Origin: Eledone cirrhosa | Lineage: Eukaryota | DNA length: 64,000 bases | Reading direction: 5' to 3' | NCBI GenBank assembly: GCA_964016885.1 | Contig: OZ024741.1 | Span: 139,190,001 to 139,254,000, forward strand | Part shown: one piece after another, positions 27,283 to 42,399 of the stretch | Position numbering within the stretch: position 1 is the first letter of the stretch | How the letters are laid out: each line of letters starts with the position of its first letter | The notes under the pieces: model-generated | Seen by the model: the letters and a program-made list of their open reading frames with translations, nothing else | Databases searched by the model: none | Told to the model about the DNA's origin: nothing | Translations under genes and position numbers: made by a program

Positions 27283-27632
27283 CTAGCAGCGGTACCCGGC
27301 GTTGTAAGGGATAAGGTATTTTTGAACGCGGGCTTCCAACAGACCTTATCGTGGAAAATCTGCATGCCTGGACAATATGTAAAGAAAATAAACTGAATAC
27401 TCTGATGGTTGGATGATCTTTAAGATTTTTCTCGATGAAGCAGGAAAAATGCAGGTTTTCTCCTATTTCGAACACTAGGGGTTGAAGAAAATGATTTTTT
27501 GTAATGTGCAAAATATGCCTTGAAATTTCGGGAAAGTCGGCTAGATTAGATGTAACACCTCAAAAAAGCCCTAAAAATGATGAAAAAATGAAGTTTTTCA
27601 CTTAGTGCTAGGCCATAAAAAAGTTTGATTTT

Positions 27633-27660
<28 letters not shown>
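27283..27660 (-). mobile_element. non-autonomous Helitron
   Basis: Minus-strand 3' end caacgccgggtaccgctgCTAG followed by t, matching the 51886-51915 end; TATATATAAG-type 5' end. Confidence 0.65.
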
Positions 27661-27665
<5 letters not shown>

Positions 27666-28518
27666 AAAATTAAAATTAAGGGGTGTCATGTCTGAGAGAC
27701 ATGCGCCATATCCACTGTAGAATAAGCTCAAAGAATCCAATGAATAGATCCGAGCATTACATATCAACTAGAAATAGATTGACATATATATATATATAAA
27801 ATAAACAAATGAAACAATCAGAGGGAATAATTTGTAAAGAATGTAACCACACATAGCTAGGTAGGTAACTAATTAAAGTTTAACTAGAACTTCAAATATA
27901 GATACATTTTAAAATGATTAATCTCCTTTGTATATATTTCTTTAAGTAAGAAATATATTTCAGCAATTAACCGGAAATCACAGTAGTCAAATTCTCGTAT
28001 GGTCACCAAAGGAGAATAAGATAACTATCTGCGTTTACAAAGCAAATGCAAATCTGTGAATGACTCGAAACACGTGTTGCATTTTAAAAAAAAAATTCAC
28101 ACATCGCACAACGTCATCCCAGTGGCGTGAATAGGACCATCGACAAACAGAAATAGCAGCCGAGTCTATTCAACTGAATTAGCTCAGCAATCAAGGGGCC
28201 GTATATTTATCCAAAATTAAAATTAAGGGTTGTCATGTCTGAGAGACATGCGCCATATACACTGTAGAATAATCTCAAAGATTCCAATGAATAGATCCGA
28301 GCATTACATGTCAACTAGACATAGATTGACATATATATATATATAAAATAAACATATGAAACAATCACAGGGAATAATTTGTAAAGAATGTAAGCACACA
28401 TAGATAGGTAGGTAACTAATTAAAGTTTAACTAGAACTTCAAATATACATACCTTTTAAAATAATTAATCTCCTTTGTATATATCTCTTTAAGTAAGAAA
28501 TATATTTCACCAATTAAT
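27661..28518. repeat. direct repeat of about 310 bp (27661-27970 and 28208-28518)
   Basis: Near-identical copies with a period of 547 bp. Confidence 0.9.
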
Positions 28519-29464
28519 GTACTGGCCTTGTGCCAAAAGTAGAAACGATTATCTCTAGGGCTACGGGAATCAGTAGACAGGACCTGGGGTCGGCGATGGG
28601 AGACGGGGAATTCTGGGGCATGAGAGTGAGATCCATCATCTCAACGGTAGTCGACGAATGATGATGATGATGATAATATATATATATACATATATACTTC
28701 CAAGTAGATAAATACGGTCCCAGTCCATTATTAGTATTAGTTTCTTTGCTGTATTCTTTTAGATTTTTGCTGGAAGAAAGTTCCTGTGTTCCAAATATGT
28801 GTGGGCTCAAGCAAGTTTCAAATGTCTTTGAATCTAAGTCTCGTAGTGCCATTTTGTTACATGAAATAATGGCTTGGTGTATGTGAATGTACGTATACAC
28901 GAAAATAGTATCCGTATGATTATATTTATATATATGAATAGCCAAATCAAAATGGAAATCTTAGATTTCTCGCTTTAAATCGTGAATCTAGTTAATGAAT
29001 GAACAAAGAAAACAAATAAGAACTATTTTGAAAAAAAAAAATGATTGATCATTCCTGCTTTTGGGCCTTTATTAATGTCCACCTCGATTCGAACAAGTGT
29101 ATGATTGATGACTTCTTTTTGTGCTTGAGGTATTCAAGAAGCTATTGAAACAGCGAACAAAAGCATTTTGTGTATCTTAGGCTTAACATATTTATTTTAA
29201 AAAACCTCGCCCCTCAATATTATAAATGATGAAGTAGATAACATTTCGCTGCACTCGTTGAAGAACGTATGATTTGGCGTAATTCTCAGACAATCGTCTG
29301 TTTTCGTATTGTTGTATATCCAATAAAATGTTGTGGTATAAATAGACACGTATAAAAAAAAGACTCGTATTTCTATGTGCTTATATATATATATACATTT
29401 ATGTATGTATATATATATATACACTCACACACACACGTATATATATATGTATATATGTATATAT

Positions 29465-29535
<71 letters not shown>

Positions 29536-29642
29536 TGTATATAAATATATATACGTATATAGGTCTTTATATACATATATATATATATTGGTATACAGGT
29601 CTTTATAGATAGATATATAGATGCATGCGTGTGTGTGTGTTT

Positions 29643-30730
<1,088 letters not shown>

Positions 30731-30733
<3 letters not shown>

Positions 30734-31055
30734 AAACGAAAAATCAGTGATGCATCTGGACTCAATTTATTGTGTGTTACAATTGTTTCGCCGGCAGACA
30801 TCTCGCGACCCGATCATTGTATGATATGTCTGATTCTAGAACTGCAGTTTCTTTGGACACTGGCAATAATTTCGGAACAAATTTTCTCACTGGGGTGTTA
30901 GCTTCAAAAAACATCTTTCTCGCTTGTCCTGCTGTTGGCTGTTGTTTTTCTACGTCATCATATATTCTAGTCAGTAGTTGCGGCCATACTCTCCATCAGC
31001 TATTCTCCGTCCGACACACTTCAATGAATTCATGTTGGGTTTGGTATTTCACAAA
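30731..31055 (-). mobile_element. pLTR-like end with hammerhead 3' half and orphan ORF fragment
   Basis: cagacat/atgtctg stem followed by GAAA-caattg-TA. A 93-codon frame at 31055-30777 has one internal TGA. The element abuts (TA)n. Confidence 0.5.
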
Positions 31056-31145
31056 TCACTCACACACACATATACACACACATACACATATATACATATA
31101 CACACACGCGCGCACACATACATATATACATATATATATATATGT

Positions 31146-31227
<82 letters not shown>

Positions 31228-31502
31228 AGACACACACCCACATACACACAGACACACGCCCACGACCATATAACTAACAACATACGCGTCCACAGGCGAC
31301 TGCCTACTTGCCCTCGTAATTCAGCTCTAACACGCACGCACACGTTCGCACACGTACACACACACGCACACGGATACAATGACACACACATGCGTACGCA
31401 TACATCTACTCATATACACAAAGACGTACATACATATACATAGACACGCACATACACACGCCTGTCCGTATAGAGAGGCACAAAGACAGACACACTACCA
31501 AA

Positions 31503-31557
<55 letters not shown>

Positions 31558-31918
31558 TTAAACATACATATGTACACTCACATAAACGTACCCACAAACA
31601 ATCCCTTACCCTATGTTAGAACGTAGACACACACACACAGTGGTAAATATACATTCAAACAAATACGCGCCCAATTACCTCCGTGTCCACGATAATCTAC
31701 AAAGATACATACACGCAAACATATACTCACAGTCATATAAATCTGCACAAAAGTTTATCCATGAAAGGATGCATCCTGTTTTACATGCACAAGTATAAAC
31801 AATGTAACCAAATATATACATCCATACACATACATACATGCATACATACACACATATAAATAAATAAATAAATAAATAAGTAATTAGAAAAATAAATATA
31901 TATAAATAACCTATACAA

Positions 31919-34900
31919 TTATCAAAATTGAGTTCAAATCATTTAATAGCTTTCACTCGTTTCTTCCAAACTCTCATTTGGAGTCATCGGAGCATTATCA
32001 ATGATTGAACATATAATTACCCTCCTATCCAACTGAACAATAATATAGATACATATAAATTGATGTTGTGAGCAACAGTTTCGTATTTTGTTTTTAATTT
32101 TAATTTTGATGTGAATTTGAACTTGAATGTCTGTATAATTATTGTACAATTCTTGTAAAATATATGTCACATCCATTCCACCCTGTAAATACGAAACTGT
32201 TGCTCACAACATCAATTTATATGTATCTATATTATTGTTCAGTTGGATAGGAGGGTAATTATATGTGCAAACATTGATAATGCTCCGACGATTCCAAACG
32301 AGAGTTTGGAAGAAACGATCGTCAGCTATTAAATGATTTGAACACAACTTTGATAATTGTATTGTTTATTTATTTAACTGCTCTGTAAAACAACTGATGT
32401 TCATACATTGAGGTATTTCTCTTACTGGTAATAAGGTAATTAAGAAATTACGGACCTTCCTGTTTGTAGTTGTTTATACTATATACATAAATATAAATAG
32501 TATTATTATTATTTACTGCTCCATACAGTTGAGCTAACATACATTAAATTACCAGTATGCTTATCAAAGATCACCTTCCTATGTCTACTAAGAACATACC
32601 AATACCACCTAAATATACATATGAATAATTATTGTTCAATAGTGTCAAATCTTCTATCAATAGAGTGAGATGGAGGACATTCTATTACGATAGAAAACGT
32701 TCAGACAAAAGTAGGGATACGAATAAGTTCCACAATTACGGCTTTAAAATATTTAAAAGCCCTCCTCGCAACACATTATTAAACTCATTTGAAAATGATC
32801 TAATTAAACTAGTTAAGAACATAAAATACAAAAAACATCATAAAAGAAACAACACCTTCTTAAACTACCCTAACTCCACAATTAAAGTATTTAATAAAAA
32901 TAGAAAAATTATAGTGCATGCAGATAAAACTAATAATGTATATAGCTTAGATTACGATACTTATAGAAAATGTATATATAAGGATCTGCATAGGAACTAC
33001 AGAAAAACTACTACTAAAAACCTAGAAGATATAAATATTGAAGACCGTAATATAGTGAGTAAATTAGGACTTCAGAGACATACAGAGCCATACACCCCTA
33101 ATCCCCCAAGATTCTCTCTGCAGGACCATAAAGAAGACTTCATTAGTAACCCTTCAATTAGACTGATTTGCCCTTCCAAGTCTGACATTCGTATTATCAG
33201 CAAGAAAATATTAGATAAAATCATCCAACAATTTAAGCACAAAATATACCTTAACCAATGGGGAAATATGGGTGAGGTTATTAAATGGTTCTACGGTATT
33301 AAAGAGGGTAAAAATAAAAAAAATATACAATTTGATATCAATTCTTACTACACCTCTATTTCCCCTAACCTATTAAATAAGGCTCTCATTATGGCCATGA
33401 ACAATAGTGACCTGACTAGATCCCAAATTGATGTCATACTTGCGGCCCGAAAAACCATAATCACATTTGAAGAACAATTATGGACCCGCAAGGATATGCA
33501 TAATAACTTCGACATAACCATGGGATCTAGTGACTCGGCGCAGGTCACCGATTTGGTGGACCTATACCTACTTAATGAAATCCATAAGAAACTACCCTAC
33601 CTCAGCGCTGGTTTATACCGCGATGATGTGCTTCTTCTCATAGACTGTAACACATTTAATATAGAAAAAATTAACAAACAGTTTCACAAAATGTTCAAAA
33701 ACTACAACTTAAGTATCACCTTAGATAAAAACACTAAAAACGTCAACTTCCTTGACGCTACCCTTTAGCCTAGACTCTCAAGTATACACACCCTATCATA
33801 AACCTAACGAAGAACTAATTTATGTGAACACCAACTCTAACCACCCTAAATCCATATTAAACTCCATTACCAAAAGAATATCTAATATAATCTCTAATCT
33901 ATCATATAATAAAACTATATTTTACAATAATTCACAATACTATAATGAGGCCTTAGCTAAATCAGGACATAAGAATGAGATTGAATTCCTACCTATAAAA
34001 TCACATAGTTACAACATCATTTCTCATAATATGGCCATGAGGAAAAATAGTAAAAACACTAGCCACTATAACTCTAAGACGAAGATTAATACCAAACTTA
34101 ACTCGCACCAAAGTAAATACCACAATAATAATTTAAACAGGGATATGGATAGCTAAAAAAATAATAATATAAACAAAAATAGAAGAACTCATACATTCTT
34201 CAATCCCCCTTTCAATCTAAACGTCTCTACCAACTTGCCTAAGGCAATCTTGAAAAAAACTTGAAAAAATCTTGAAAAAAACTTCCCGACCGGCCACAAG
34301 TACCATAGCCTTATCATTAAAAATACAATTAAAATATCGTACTCCACCACACCTAACATAGCATACCATATAGTTAAGGTAATAAAAGAAATATTAATAA
34401 CTATTTCCAACTAATTAAAACACAACAGGAGGTAAACTTAGTACCTGTAAACAATAGTAGTAATAATAGTAATAATGATAATAACACTAATGAAATCAAT
34501 AACAATACGAATGATAGGCATCATTATCATAGTGCTACCCCTAGCAAACATAATTCTTCACAACATAGGAATCGGCAAGCTAACACCCAGAATAAATGTA
34601 ACTGTAGAACTAATAGAACTTGCCCCTTAGGTAATAATTGCTTAACCAAATACATCATCTACTCATGCACCGTCAACGCAAACAACTCTTCTAAAACATA
34701 TATAGGTTCTACTTCGAACAACTTCAAGGCGAGATACAACTCGCACCTCCACTCTTTCAAGAAACACAATCTAACCAGCACCACTTCTTTATCTAGCTAC
34801 ATATACTCTCTGAAAACTAGGAATAGACCATTTATACTCCAATGGGAAGTAATAGTTAGGGCCGCATCGTATAAACCACCGAATAAATTGTGTAATCTCT

Positions 34901-36545
34901 GCCTTCTGGAGACCCATACTATAATATTTTCGAAACTAGACCTCCTGAATAGAAAGTCAGAGACATTTTCCACGTGCCAACACAGGTACCGACACTCATT
35001 CCATAACTTTAAACCTAGCTGTTAGTAAACAACAATGTCAGATGTAAATTCCCCACCACTATTGACACGACCCATCTAGAATTTAGCAGCACCCACAACA
35101 ACAAACCCCTCGACCAACTCTTTCCGCTACACAACTCCTATTCATCTATAACCTTATGCTCTGCAATAACAGTTAGAATTAGACATATAGTTACCACCTT
35201 GTGATATAACTACAATAGATTAATTATATATTACACAGTAAAGAATATTTGACACTTGGTTTGTAGAGACATTTAATGTAATGTGTTGTGATAAACTATG
35301 TGTGTATTTGGAATTGTATAATTAAATGCTTAAATTACACAACATAATAGTAATAAAGTATATATACACTTATACTTAAATATAGAATGTAATAGCATTC
35401 TATATTAGAGACTATATTATTGTACATATGGCATATCTACTATGACATATTAACAGCTGTATAATCCTTCATAACATATACCTTGTCCAGTAATGAATAG
35501 ATAACAATCTAAAGAAACCTTTAATGTATGATAGTAGAATACACGGTATTTAAAATCAGGCATAAATATACAGGGTTATGTAACAGATATCCAATGGTAT
35601 CACAATATATTGTGTATTAGAACAAATCATTTTAATAACTGAATTGAACTTAATTAGCTAGTTACCTCCCCTTACGCATTAGCTCCCCTTATTCACTTCC
35701 GGAAATTAACGATTGAAAATTTTACGGTTGATCAAATATAGCCTATGAATATGAATTCATTAAGACTAATTTACAATCCATTGCTCTAACTTAAAACACT
35801 CAATATAAACATTCACTGAAATTTAATTCATCATATGTCATGGAAAAGTATGCAAAAACTGTATGTTTCTCAACACACATTAATTCAAACACCATCAACA
35901 TTTAACACCCACCACAGTCTCTAATACTTAACATATTTGCTTCAACTTCAGTATTTATTCATCTATATATGCATAATAGCTTTGCTTGTCTGCTTCTCAT
36001 GTATATGTCTTACGCAGTCACACTATCCACACGCCTGCATATGATTTGTTATCGCACTCTTCCTTTCTCAAAACTGCTTCCTCAATGTCTCTTTAATATT
36101 TTGACTATTCCCTTGTTTTAACTGCTGTATGTATTACACTCCGTGCTTTTGATTTTGATTTGAATTTTGATTTGAATTTGAACTTGAATGTTTGTACAAT
36201 TATTGTACAATTCTCGTAAAATATATGCCACATCCATTCCACCCTGTAAATACGAAACGGTTGCTCACAACATCAATTTATATGCATCTATATTATTCTT
36301 CAGTTGGAAGGGAGGGTAATTATATGTGCAAACATTGATAATGCTCCGATGACTCCAAACGAGAGTTTGGAAAAAACGATTGTCAGCTATTAAATGATTT
36401 GAACACAACTTTGATAATTGAATAGTTTATTTATTTAACTGCCCTGTAAAACAACTAATGTTCATACATTGAGCTATTTCTCTTACTGGTAATAAGGTAA
36501 TTAAGAAATCACTGACCTTCCTGTGTATAGTTGTTTATACTATAT
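31919..36545 (+). mobile_element. Naiad-type PLE, near full length, with inverted and direct pLTRs
   Basis: Inverted piece at about 31919-32088, 5' pLTR at about 32090-32485, 3' pLTR at about 36148-36545. Confidence 0.92.
32557..35025 (+). pseudogene. Naiad RT plus GIY-YIG ORF, disrupted
   Basis: STKNIPIP, ADKT, DHKEDF..RLICPSKS, FDITMGS.D.A, GLYRDD and VNFLD. The GIY-YIG domain at 34590-35025 (CNCR..CPL..IIY..YIGST..CNLC..E..CQH) is missing from the ORF track. Confidence 0.92.
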
Positions 36546-37005
36546 ACATAACTATAAATATAATTATATATATATATATATACACATACAAACACACACA
36601 TATACACATATATACATATACACACATATATATATATATATATATACATATACACACACATACACACACATACACACATATATAGATATACATATATACA
36701 CACACATATATATATACATATATATATACATATATATTCATATATAAACACACATACACTCACACATATATATGTACATACACACACATACATACACATC
36801 TATAAAAAAAAAACCTACAATATACTAAAATATACATCTAACGGCATACATTAAAAAGTGTATCTCGTACAAAACATGCACAGATATATACAATATAATT
36901 ATATCCATATATCCATACACATTCACGTAACATACATATATATATATATACATATACATATATATATATATATATATAAACGGGAAAATGAAACGTAATT
37001 ACATA

Positions 37006-37089
<84 letters not shown>

Positions 37090-37277
37090 CACACATACGC
37101 TTACACATATACACACATATAAAAACAATAAAATACATATAAAATATACAATAAAATAAATATACAGTGTACAATAAATAAATATATGTAATACATATAT
37201 AATAAATATAATAAAATAAATACACAAAATTATAAATATACAACACATCCATACACATTCACGTAACATACACACAC

Positions 37278-37376
<99 letters not shown>

Positions 37377-37499
37377 CACACATATATATATACACACACA
37401 CGCCTACGCATATACACACATATAAACACAATAAAATAAATATACAATATATTAAAATATGCATATAACGTCACATAGAGATAGATAAAAAAGAGAGGA

Positions 37500-37906
37500 G
37501 AAAGGAGAAGGTACGTGTATGCGTGTGATATAGTACATATGGGGGAGTATAAGATGACACTTAAGTCTGTGTACGGAACTAATAATGTGTTCCAAAATGG
37601 AACACGTGGAGAGTATGTATTCACGATTGAAAAGGTAAACATGTATGGGGCCACGTAGCCCGGTCATATTGGGGTCTGTCACTGTGGTTGAGCTGTGTTG
37701 TCCTATAGGTGCAAGGTCGCTGACTGAACGACCGTGGAATCCGGGTCAACCTGTCCCGGCTCAGATGATGTACCTGTCTAGGGTGACGTGCAAAGTCGGG
37801 TATGCACTGATTTTTCGTGTTATATTATATCACACTCTGCTTTGTAAGAACATAGAGTGCTCAACTGCCATACCGCCTATGGAAGCCTTAGAGCTACCAT
37901 TAAACA
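37500..37906 (+). mobile_element. pLTR fragment of the 53181/57405 family
   Basis: 37832-37905 resembles the reverse complement of 53190-53262. A partial hammerhead cccggct-CAGATGA-tgtac/gtgca-agtcggg lacks GAAA and stem III. Confidence 0.5.
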
Positions 37907-37909
37907 CAG

Positions 37910-37948
<39 letters not shown>

Positions 37949-37952
37949 GTTA

Positions 37953-38520
37953 GTGGAGCAGAAAATTTCTTATTGTAATCCAGTTCGTGGTTAAGATAGC
38001 CAGTTTCGTGGACGGTTTCAACGTACGGTTAGGTGTAACTCCACAAGTTTGTAAGAATCGCGTTCGATCTTGGAGTATAAAGATTAAAAGAGAAAACACA
38101 GGTAAGCATTACAATAAGGATGTTATCCCGGTATTTACGACCGTTTCATTTGTAAGTGCAACCTTATATCGCTATACTGCAAATAGCAGCCACTCAATAA
38201 TAATTGTTGTTCACCTCCAAATTTTCAAAATAATGAATAAGTTACTCGTAAAATGTTCTTAATATATAAAAAAACATTTTTTTGGAATTGTATTTACTAG
38301 TATAGAGAGAGAGGCTCAATTAGGAAGTAGTGTGACAAACGTAGTAGTATAAAGAGAGAGAGGGGAAGGGGGATAAGAATTAGGAAGTAGAGTGACAAAC
38401 GGAGATGGAGGGAAGGGGAAAGGTGGAAGGATTCCTCGATCAATTTTGATTTGTAGACTTGATGTCGTCAATTTACAGTGTAGTGAGTTAAAGATAATTA
38501 AATTATTTATAGTGGGAGGG

Positions 38521-38592
<72 letters not shown>

Positions 38593-39283
38593 AGAGATAG
38601 AGAGATAAATATATATATAAATAAAAATAAAGAAGGGGCGAAGATAAAATAGAAAAGAAAAGAAAATAGAGCGCAAAAAAGGGAGAGAAGAAAACGAAAA
38701 AAGAAAAAGGAATGAAGGAAGAAGGATGGACTTAGGTATTGGTTATTGTGTGTAATTAAAGGGGTTAGATTCAAAGAGAGGCTAGAAAGCCTAAGTATAT
38801 GCAGTTTGTCAGGTGATAGTACGGGTTAAGGGTTCGATTTGTATTTTTAGTGCGTACATTTTTTCTTTGAGTCTATGGTTACAATAAATTGATCTTTCGA
38901 TTTTATTGTTGAGTAACTCATCCTTCGAACTCAAAATGTGGAACAGTTCAAGGTCACATAACCGACAGCTTCTCATACCACTCCGATATGGGGGCGCGTT
39001 CGATAATGTTTTCCACTTCAGAGTGTGGCGATGGTTACTTTCCCTCAGTTGCCAGGTCTTGTTCGCAAGGGTAGTTACATAACGATGCTGGGAATGTTTC
39101 ATTGCGTAACGGTGTGTATACCAACGGGCTTTAAATGTATTCCCAGTAGCTCCGATGTAATACCATTTCAGATTGTCTGATGCTACTGTGCATTGGTAAA
39201 CCAGGTTAGACTGCATACATTCCTTCCACCTTTACCCCTCCCTCCATCTCCGTTTGTCACACTACTTCCTAATTATTATCCCC

Positions 39284-39327
<44 letters not shown>

Positions 39328-39641
39328 TACTACTCCGTTTGTCACTCCACTTCCTAATTCTTCATCTCTCTCTATACTACTCCGTTTGTCACTCTACTTC
39401 CTAATTATTCTCCCCCTTCCTCTCTCTAGTAAATACAATTCCCAAAAAATGTTTTTTATATATTAAGAACTTTTTACGAGTAACTTATTCATTATTTAGA
39501 AAATTTGGAGGTGAACAACACTTACTATTGCGTGGCTGATATTTGCAGTATAGCGATATAAGGTTGCACTTACCAATGAAACGGTCGTAAAGACCTGGAT
39601 AAAATCCTTTTTTTTAATGCTTACCTGTATTTTCTCTTTTA
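37953..39641 (-). mobile_element. 5'-truncated Naiad-type PLE with 5' inversion
   Basis: GIY-YIG ORF 39216-38809 (LVYQCTV..YIGAT..CRLC..CNH); inverted repeat 38085-38431 and 39221-39641. Confidence 0.88.
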
Positions 39642-39642
39642 T

Positions 39643-39812
<170 letters not shown>

Positions 39813-40258
39813 TACAGTGATTTTAAGCCATTGTTCGTGTGTATGTCAATCTGAACATATATTTAGGTTCAGGCATTCTTATCAGTGTTTGCTTTGTGCA
39901 AATTACTAAGTTACTAAGCCCATATCGTAAACAAGGAGAGTTCTTGTGCTTTTCTCCTCCTCTTTTACAACCTACTTACTATGAAAAATATGGAGGATAG
40001 CTGTAGGCACTGTCTTCAAAGCCAAAGATAATCCCACACTAGCACACCAGTACACATCCTGTACATATATATGCATATTTTATGATGTTTATAGAATTCA
40101 GTAGATATGATAACAAGCATGATTGTTTTAAGTATTTACAAAGTAACATGTAAAGATTTACAATCATAAAGACGTCAATATGTGTTTACATATACATATA
40201 TTTGCGTATGTTTTTATGCATGCACACTCACACCCATATATATATCTATATATATATA

Positions 40259-40291
<33 letters not shown>

Positions 40292-40402
40292 AGTAAGAAT
40301 ATTTTCGAAAGAGCGAGTGGGTTTGAAATTATTAGAAATGTAAGCTAAATAATTTCTTTAATTTCTTTAGTCAAAATACGGCGATAGCTTACATTTCTAA
40401 TA

Positions 40403-40488
<86 letters not shown>

Positions 40489-40861
40489 CACATATATACA
40501 TGTATAATTGTATACATTTATACATATACATTATATATATGTCTCTCTCTCTCTTTCTCTATCTCTATATATATATGTATGTATGTATTCGTTATCTTTA
40601 ATGCATATTCATGTACGTTATGAAAATGAAAATTACATTACAAGGAAGTTATGCGAAATTAATCAGTTGTTTGCAAAATAAAACATATACATATATAAGT
40701 GTGTGTCTGTCTGTGTGAATTTATCATGTGTGTTCGTTGTATATATGATTTCGTATATGCCATCGTTTTGAAACACCCTCTGCTATATTTTCTCGACAAA
40801 ATTAGGTTTCGAACACATCTCCACTCTTTCACAAATAGAAAACTAAGGCACTCCACTTCGC

Positions 40862-42120
40862 TCTGAGGCTGGGTCTGGTATGTAAGGATAGTTTCGTGGG
40901 TGATATTTTGCAGCGCCTGCCCGCCGGGCAGGGAGATCCGGTGTACGGTTGCAGGGAGATCCGGTGTACGGTTTCACTCCTCATCCTTAACCCATCTGAA
41001 GAAGGATATTTTTAAGCGATGTGTACAACTTATCGCTGTTTCAGCTCTGCTGTTGATGAGCTCGTGGGGTGCAGTTATGATATGGTAGAGCTCCATGAGG
41101 CAAAAATCGCATTTCCTCTTGAAGTTGTACGGTACAGCCCTGCCGACAATCTCCCAGTGCGTGGAGAAGCTGATGTTTAAGTCCTTTAGTGATGTGATGT
41201 AGTCCGCGAGCGAAGTGGAGTGCCTTAGTTTTCTATTTGTGAAAGAGTGGAGATGTGTTCGAAACCTAATTTTGAACGGGCCGGGGGTAGCCCCTATATA
41301 ATATTTAACGCTATTGTGGCTAGTAATAGTGCATCTATATATAACCCTATCAGTCAAGCAGTATCCTCTAAGGGGGCAGCGTCCTCTGTCGCGGCAGTTG
41401 CAATTTCTGTCGCGGTTCCGTCTATTTCCCACGGTAAGGCTATCATTGCTGCTGCCTACGTTGCTACCTACGCTGCCGCAGCTGTCCTTAGCACCATTAC
41501 AACCCACAGCACGCGGGGTGGTGCGATTGTTATTCCGCACGTCATGTCCTGCATGTTCCCCAGTCATTTCGCAGTTATGCTGGTTGCGTCTGCGGATGCC
41601 GTTGCCAACACTATTGGATGCTGCCAGGGAGTTGTTAAGCCGATATAGTTATTGTCAGATGTAGGTGCGTCTGTGTCGAGGTGCTGTGTCTTGGTGATCT
41701 TACTGTGGTTCGTTGTTCCTATGATGTCTGCTAGGTTAGGAGTAGTAGAGAAGGATATTTTTATATTGTTCCTATTAAGAATGTTTCTATACCTATGGTT
41801 GGACGGGAAGTTCTTCTCTAAGGTTTCGAAGAACATCCGGGGTATGTTGGAGGCCACACTTCTAGAGTAGGGGGGTGGAACCATAGGACGTTACGGTGGC
41901 GATTACGTGTCCTTGTACTTTTGCGACGGGTGGTTCCATCTAAGTGACCGCTCTTATGTGTGTTAATGCGCAGTCACCCGTTCGGTGCTCCTTTCACTTT
42001 ATGCTCGGGTGCACTCTTCCTACCTCTTCCATGTTGATGTACACGAAGATGTTGGTTGGAAGACGTTGGTAGTAGGCCGTCGCCTTTGTTGGTTTTGTAA
42101 TAGGGGAATAGTTCGAGTAA
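40862..42120 (-). mobile_element. Naiad-type PLE 3' coding fragment
   Basis: PPYS..FP..H..ILNRNNIKISFSTTPN, CNCR..CPL.G.CL..VIY..YIGAT and CDFCLME..CTH. Confidence 0.88.
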
Positions 42121-42365
42121 TAAGAAAGACTGCCCTAACACCGGCAAGAGTTACCTCCCTTGACCTGCTGCAAAATCAAAACAAGATATTTTTGCGAGCA
42201 ATGAACGTTGATGTGGATTTAAACCCAAACACTCTTTCCGAGCAATATAAGGAACACTTATGATTATTTATGCCCTTGAGAAGCCCAACTGGGCGAAACG
42301 TACGTAGGTGCTGTTTTAAATAAACATGTTTTAACGGTCTGTTCTCCGATTTTTTACTTTCCCAC

Positions 42366-42368
<3 letters not shown>
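42120..42368 (+). mobile_element. separate PLE 3' end with hammerhead-like motif
   Basis: LDLLQN..IF..DLN resembles an endonuclease C-terminus. tgcc-cttgagaa-gccc(aact)gggc-GAAA-cgtacg-TA-ggtg lies at 42271-42310. Confidence 0.55.

Positions 42369-42399
<31 letters not shown>

Noticed and set aside
32557-35025. Selenoprotein-type Naiad
   Set aside because: Conserved Cys positions in the GIY-YIG regions examined use TGT/TGC, the stops here are TAA/TAG lesions, and no convincing SECIS was seen.
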